Shown here: in pieces, positions 23,649 to 27,967 of the stretch | How the letters are laid out: the number at the start of each line of letters is the position of its first letter | Numbering within the stretch: the stretch's first letter is position 1 | Virus record (IMG/VR): IMGVR_UViG_3300020044_007438 | Coordinates: 1-27,967 of that record | Direction: 5' to 3' (one strand) | Source of the DNA: a virus | Lineage: Duplodnaviria > Caudoviricetes | Length of the DNA: 27,967 nt | Notes under the pieces: generated by a model | The model's input: the letters and a program-made list of their open reading frames with translations, nothing else | Databases searched by the model: none | Told to the model about the DNA's origin: nothing | Program-made: the position numbers and the translations under genes

Positions 23649-25152
23649 CTTCTTCTGTTGGTTCAGGTGCTGATGGCGCCGGTTCGTTTTGTTCATGATC
23701 GGCCATTTCGTTCGGCGTGATCATGAACATTTCGCGATCATCAACGGTGTGGCTCATGCCGTGCAATGCGTTGAGTTCATCGGCAACCGTATGCGCGATG
23801 TGCTTGCGCATCCATACGGAACGGGCGCGGCTAGTCAGAAAGTCGGTTTCTGTAAGTCCGCGTGCTTCCAATACTTCGGAAAGGTTGCGCGAACCGGTGC
23901 GTAGCTCCTCCAGTTCCATCTTGCTTTCACGACCATCATCGACCGACAAGCGGGGCGGGCGGGAGAAGTCCCAAAGGGTAGGTGCCGCAAGTTTAGGAAC
24001 TCGACCTTGCGCCGCAAATACGGAATACGCAAACGAGATCGCCCGGCGGGCAGCATACCAAAGCTGCCCTTGGCGCTTAATGACGAACCGGCGACACTTG
24101 ACGATCTCGCCACGCTCGGCTGTGCCTTGCCCCGTCGATTTCCAGACGGAATAAGACCAGACGGGAATGATGGCTTCGCGGTTGAGTCGATCTTGGAACG
24201 CCTCCCAGTTCGGGCCGGGGTTTTTATGTTCCATCTGCTCCATGCGATGCCCGCCTTCGGCTGGTAAATACATGACGCCACCGGGAAATGCTTGCGTGGA
24301 AAAGGGCGATGGGTTCGCGCATGTGCCGTCGCCTGCCATGTCATTGGCTGGATCGTCGATGTCTGGACTACCTGTTGAGTTAAAGACGGTCAGGTGAAGA
24401 CGCGAAATGATCTGCTGCCGAATCCTTTCGTCCTCAGTTGATAGCAGAGACATTTTCAAAGATTCCAGCGCGTGCGTAAAACAGGGCAGACCGCGCCCTT
24501 GCTCGCAGTGCGTCGGGTCAAATAGGTGGATCACGTCAGATGCCGGAACGTCCTTGAATTTTTTCACGCCATCCTTGCCTATGTCGAAACGATACGCCGC
24601 AGGTCGTCCACTTGGATAGTAAATGATGCCATCAACAATGCGCATTCCTTCGTATTCACCATCGGCAACGGTTTTATCGTAGTCGCTGTAACAACGGTGA
24701 CTAGGTATCATCTGAATCCTAGGGAAGCCGTCGGCGCCAACGATCATCATCCAGAACACGTCACCGCTGCGGTCGATCTCGACGCTCGAAAGCTCCAGCA
24801 TTTTCCACCAGTCAAAGATACCACCGCGAACGTCTGCTTGTGGATACCATACGTCGTGGAGGAATTTCGCTACTTGCTTGCCTTTCTCCTGGTCAGTCGT
24901 GCCGAGATAGGATGGAAGCCACGCCTCGCCTACGCTGTAATCCGCTTTCTGTAGGATGCAAGCGCGTGGCACACCCATGTTGACGAAAAGCCGATTCGAC
25001 AAGCTCAGTAATGTCTTGCGGTCATTCGACGGGATCAAGCGCTCAATGTCATCGTTTAGAACGGTGTATTGTGGCCCGCGCCGATTTGAACGGTCGGCTG
25101 CGTGCGCGAGGCGATAAGGTTGCCCGGTGTGGTCAAGGATGGCGGAGGTCAT
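23638..25152 (-). CDS. Portal protein, lambda gpB family
   Basis: 504 aa; RIQMIPSHR, DGI....GRPAAY, VIHLFDP....QGRGLP; follows the terminase and gpW-like genes. Confidence 0.88.
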   Translation of the reverse strand: MTSAILDHTGQPYRLAHAADRSNRRGPQYTVLNDDIERLIPSNDRKTLLSLSNRLFVNMGVPRACILQKADYSVGEAWLPSYLGTTDQEKGKQVAKFLHDVWYPQADVRGGIFDWWKMLELSSVEIDRSGDVFWMMIVGADGFPRIQMIPSHRCYSDYDKTVADGEYEGMRIVDGIIYYPSGRPAAYRFDIGKDGVKKFKDVPASDVIHLFDPTHCEQGRGLPCFTHALESLKMSLLSTEDERIRQQIISRLHLTVFNSTGSPDIDDPANDMAGDGTCANPSPFSTQAFPGGVMYLPAEGGHRMEQMEHKNPGPNWEAFQDRLNREAIIPVWSYSVWKSTGQGTAERGEIVKCRRFVIKRQGQLWYAARRAISFAYSVFAAQGRVPKLAAPTLWDFSRPPRLSVDDGRESKMELEELRTGSRNLSEVLEARGLTETDFLTSRARSVWMRKHIAHTVADELNALHGMSHTVDDREMFMITPNEMADHEQNEPAPSAPEPTEEDGD

Positions 25153-25430
25153 GATGGGAAAATTGTAATCGACGTTGAGGAAATCGCCTTGCCCCTGTCG
25201 AGGTAGGCGACCACATGACGCAGCAGCATGAGCCGCTGACCGTTCGTCATTGTTTGAGATGTCGAGAATGTTTGACCGTTCACTGTTGAGCTGGTAACCT
25301 GCGCGGTCGAGTTCGGGTCGGTGGCGATAGCTAGTGCCAATGACGCAAACTCTTCGCGGATCGCTGCTGATGCGCTCGGATTGTTCCGAACCGCTACATA
25401 GACTGCCCTTGCCGTTTCCGCGATACTCAT
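25149..25430 (-). CDS. gpW-like head completion protein (93 aa)
   Basis: Small gene between terminase and portal (VTSSTVNGQTFS); start MSIAETAR at 25430. Confidence 0.6.
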   Translation of the reverse strand: MSIAETARAVYVAVRNNPSASAAIREEFASLALAIATDPNSTAQVTSSTVNGQTFSTSQTMTNGQRLMLLRHVVAYLDRGKAISSTSITIFPS

Positions 25431-25465
25431 CACGCTTGTTGTCACGAAACGAGGGCGAATGTCAA
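25431..25465 (-). promoter_or_regulatory. Late promoter-like motif (TTGACATTCGCC), starts 35 nt before ATG 25430
   Basis: Fills the gap between the terminase stop and the next ATG. Confidence 0.7.
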
Positions 25466-25477
25466 ACAAAGCTGCCG

Positions 25478-27274
25478 TTACTCGCTGTCAAATACTCTCA
25501 TCACCAATGCCGCAGTCACTTGGTAATACATGCAGTCCCAAAGGTGGTTTGCCCCGCCGCTAGGCCGTATCCAGATGCCCTTCTCCTGACCAGTCTTAGA
25601 GTTGCGCTCAATGCTCCGGCGTTCGCACTGCATGTGGTTCTCAAAAGGTTTTGAAAGATCAGCCGGCAGCTCGATCTGATCGCCATCCGCCATCAGCCTG
25701 GACAAGATGTCTTTGATTGGATTGGACGCAGTGAAGATGTATTTTGCCACGCCACCGCTTCGCGCCCGGTGGCGCTTAGTCATGCTGTAGAGCTTCTCGA
25801 TAGGCTTGCCGGATTGCGTCGGGTGGAGGAAATGGGATTTGTTGCCTTCTCCTTTGATGCCCATCCATCCATGTTTTACGCACAAATCAGCCATCCGGTC
25901 GGTATCATAGCCAAAGTCAATCAAGGTCTTTGCCCTCGGAACTGCGTAGTTGTCGCAAAGTTGCAGAAGCTGGGTTTCATCCATTCCATCGCTGGGCATG
26001 TATCCTTCATAAAGAACTCGGCAGAATCCTCCTTGCCTCCATGCGGCGATGACGATCCAGAAATGATCTTTGCCAGCGTCGATGGTTGCGAAGCGATGCG
26101 CCTCACCGTCAATAGGCTGTCCTCCGGCGAAATCTGCTTTCGCGTAGTCGCTGGATCTGCGCACCACGACCTCGCTGTCGGCCATGTCGTCTGTCCAGAA
26201 ACTCGCCCTTCTTTTCTGTGTCCACTGCCGCAGGTTATCGGCGAATCCTGCGGTCGAGAGCCGTTTCGCGGTCAGGTATTCTAAGACTTCTTGCCACCAC
26301 GGCACCCACCAGATCGCGAGCGAATCGACGTGGAATCCTCGGATCGACTCAACGTGGTGCGGATTGGTCGGGATGTATCCGAGCTTGCCGTTGCCCATAT
26401 TCGATGCCGTCAGTTTGCGCCTGGTCAGAGTGTCGTCGGCGTATTCTTTCCTGCACTCCTTGCAATGCAGCCGGGCGGTTTTCGCTGTTGCCTGCTCGTC
26501 AACCACTCCTTTTGACCTCTCGATTACGTCGTATTTGATGCAGTCCCAGCCGAAAGGTTGCTCCACTCCACAGTCGCACCGCCAGCCGAACGATGCCCGG
26601 TCGGTCTTCATCCATTCGCGCCATAGGTCATCACCTCCTTCGTGCTTGCCGTCGTCGTCGATCCGTCCACCGACCCCAGCCTGCGAGACGTAGTATTCTT
26701 TCCGATTCCACCTGTTGTGAGTTCGCGCTTGGCACTCGCGCAGCAGTCCCGGCGCCCACTTCCAAACCTCGTCACCGTAGATCCACCGCACCGATTTCTC
26801 TTGAAAGTTGGACATGTTTGCGCCGCCGAGAACAAGCGGCATGTGCGGGAAAATGATCTCCAACTTTCGGCTCTTGTGCCGATCTTCCGGCCACAGGTTA
26901 CGGATCGATTCAACAGATTTGAGCGCAGGCAGCAGCCGAGTCTCTGCCCAGAACCTAGCGTCCGCGTCGGTCTGCGAGGTGTAGAGCATTGCACCAGGAT
27001 CTTCGGCGACGATGTAGGGGATCAGCCCCTCGGCCATCGTTGACTTGCCCGAACCAGTCGGCGCGATTACCACGACCTCCCGCACTTCGTGATCGCCGGC
27101 GCATTCCATCGGCGCCTTCCACCACGGCGTTTGCTCAGGATCGAAGAAGCTGGCTCGTTCGGAGTTGGCAATTTTGACGTTCTTCGCCGCCCAGTGCCAA
27201 GGCTTTAGCTGGGTCGGTGGCTTGAGTCCGATCCTAATCCCGCTGATCCATGCTTGTTTGGCGGGGTCATTCAT
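25478..27274 (-). CDS. terL: Terminase large subunit, lambda gpA family
   Basis: 598 aa; TPWW, Walker A APTGSGKS, Walker B WIYGDE, Cys pairs (CDCG, CKEC), nuclease TIDAG and NHLWDC. Confidence 0.93.
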   Translation of the reverse strand: MNDPAKQAWISGIRIGLKPPTQLKPWHWAAKNVKIANSERASFFDPEQTPWWKAPMECAGDHEVREVVVIAPTGSGKSTMAEGLIPYIVAEDPGAMLYTSQTDADARFWAETRLLPALKSVESIRNLWPEDRHKSRKLEIIFPHMPLVLGGANMSNFQEKSVRWIYGDEVWKWAPGLLRECQARTHNRWNRKEYYVSQAGVGGRIDDDGKHEGGDDLWREWMKTDRASFGWRCDCGVEQPFGWDCIKYDVIERSKGVVDEQATAKTARLHCKECRKEYADDTLTRRKLTASNMGNGKLGYIPTNPHHVESIRGFHVDSLAIWWVPWWQEVLEYLTAKRLSTAGFADNLRQWTQKRRASFWTDDMADSEVVVRRSSDYAKADFAGGQPIDGEAHRFATIDAGKDHFWIVIAAWRQGGFCRVLYEGYMPSDGMDETQLLQLCDNYAVPRAKTLIDFGYDTDRMADLCVKHGWMGIKGEGNKSHFLHPTQSGKPIEKLYSMTKRHRARSGGVAKYIFTASNPIKDILSRLMADGDQIELPADLSKPFENHMQCERRSIERNSKTGQEKGIWIRPSGGANHLWDCMYYQVTAALVMRVFDSE

Positions 27275-27967
27275 TTTGAAAAACCTTCCCTTGTGCGTCC
27301 GAAAGGTTGTCGAGGATCTCGATGATGTTCTCGCGCAAGACCTTTTGAATCTTGGTTTCGCTCAATCCTGCAAGTTGAGGAGGTAGATCAGATGTCAGCT
27401 TTAGCAGCTCGGCACGAATTACAGAGTAGCACGCGGTAGCCGCTTCCCGAACTTTGCCGCTTGGCACCAGTTCTTTGCTCTCGATCTGAACGGTAATAAT
27501 TCCTTTCAGAGCCATCACCTTTTCCTTGAGGATCTTTACGTCGTCAATGTTGCCTGCGCTGCGGATGGCTTTTTCGATCTCCTCCAGTGTCTGCGCGGTC
27601 ACTGCTTCTGGCGTTGTCGTCTTCGTTCCAGGCTTGATCCGAGATCGACGCCGGGATTGCCAAGTCTGAAACGCCTCAACATTCCAGCAATCAACGCCTT
27701 GACGTTTGGCTTCTTTAATAACTGCCTCTTCGTATTTATGATTACCTTTTTTGGTAGTCTCTTCTGTAATAGGGACTTGTTTCTGAGCCTCCATAGCAGA
27801 TTCATAAGACGGAGGAATTTTAGCCATTAAATTTTTAATTCCACCTGGAATAACGTTTAATAATTCTTCCATGCTAATTGTTTTGTTTGGAAATAATCTT
27901 GCCATTTCTTCGTCTTCAGTTTCAGTTTCTCCGCCATCAGCAAAAGCAACGATACCGCCACCCGCAT
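27267..27967 (-). CDS. Terminase small subunit (Nu1-like C-terminal part), apparently joined to unrelated sequence at its 5' end
   Basis: C-terminal KELVP...IRAELLKLTSDLPPQLAGL...IIEILDNLS is Nu1-like and overlaps terL. The frame stays open to the window edge; the part above ~27700 is visibly AT-richer. Confidence 0.7.
   Translation of the reverse strand, partial: AGGGIVAFADGGETETEDEEMARLFPNKTISMEELLNVIPGGIKNLMAKIPPSYESAMEAQKQVPITEETTKKGNHKYEEAVIKEAKRQGVDCWNVEAFQTWQSRRRSRIKPGTKTTTPEAVTAQTLEEIEKAIRSAGNIDDVKILKEKVMALKGIITVQIESKELVPSGKVREAATACYSVIRAELLKLTSDLPPQLAGLSETKIQKVLRENIIEILDNLSDAQGKVFQNE

Noticed and set aside
58-27386. The many plus-strand ORFs in the track (e.g. 2180..2980, 22224..22895, 25769..26284)
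   Set aside because: They are antisense shadows of well-supported minus-strand genes and lack motifs; only the 1857-2057 fragment is retained.
1-27967. Integrase, repressor, prophage att sites or an alternative genetic code
   Set aside because: No such genes were recognised, and genes tile with standard stops. Lifestyle and host cannot be determined from this window.

Overview
This is a ~28-kb segment of a tailed dsDNA phage with lambda-like (siphovirus-type) gene order. Every credible phage gene is on the minus strand, and many are joined by ATGA stop/start overlaps. In transcription order (right to left) the head genes are terminase small and large (gpA-type) subunits, a gpW-like gene, a lambda-type portal, a ClpP-type head protease with an extra N-terminal domain and a nested scaffold, and the major capsid protein. 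Next come two glycosyltransferase genes, the head-tail joining and tail genes (including a G/GT chaperone pair with a GGGAAAG -1 frameshift and a short tape measure), and a collagen/SGNH-esterase tail spike. A lysis cluster with an M15 endolysin, an HEXXH protein and a metallophosphoesterase follow, then an early region of small ORFs, an SSB-like gene and a truncated VRR-NUC nuclease. The most notable signal is a pair of integron attC-like sites (1361-1414 and 1757-1856) bounding a 442-bp cassette with complementary core sites. That cassette carries phage genes antisense to normal cassette orientation and lies next to a truncated plus-strand cassette-like ORF; no integrase is in the window. 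Also notable are four copies of a late-promoter-like motif 34-35 nt upstream of ATGs (implying leaderless mRNAs), a family of modular 'ERDEARE' paralogues, and a probably chimeric right end. Product calls come from motif recognition and synteny only; no searches were run.
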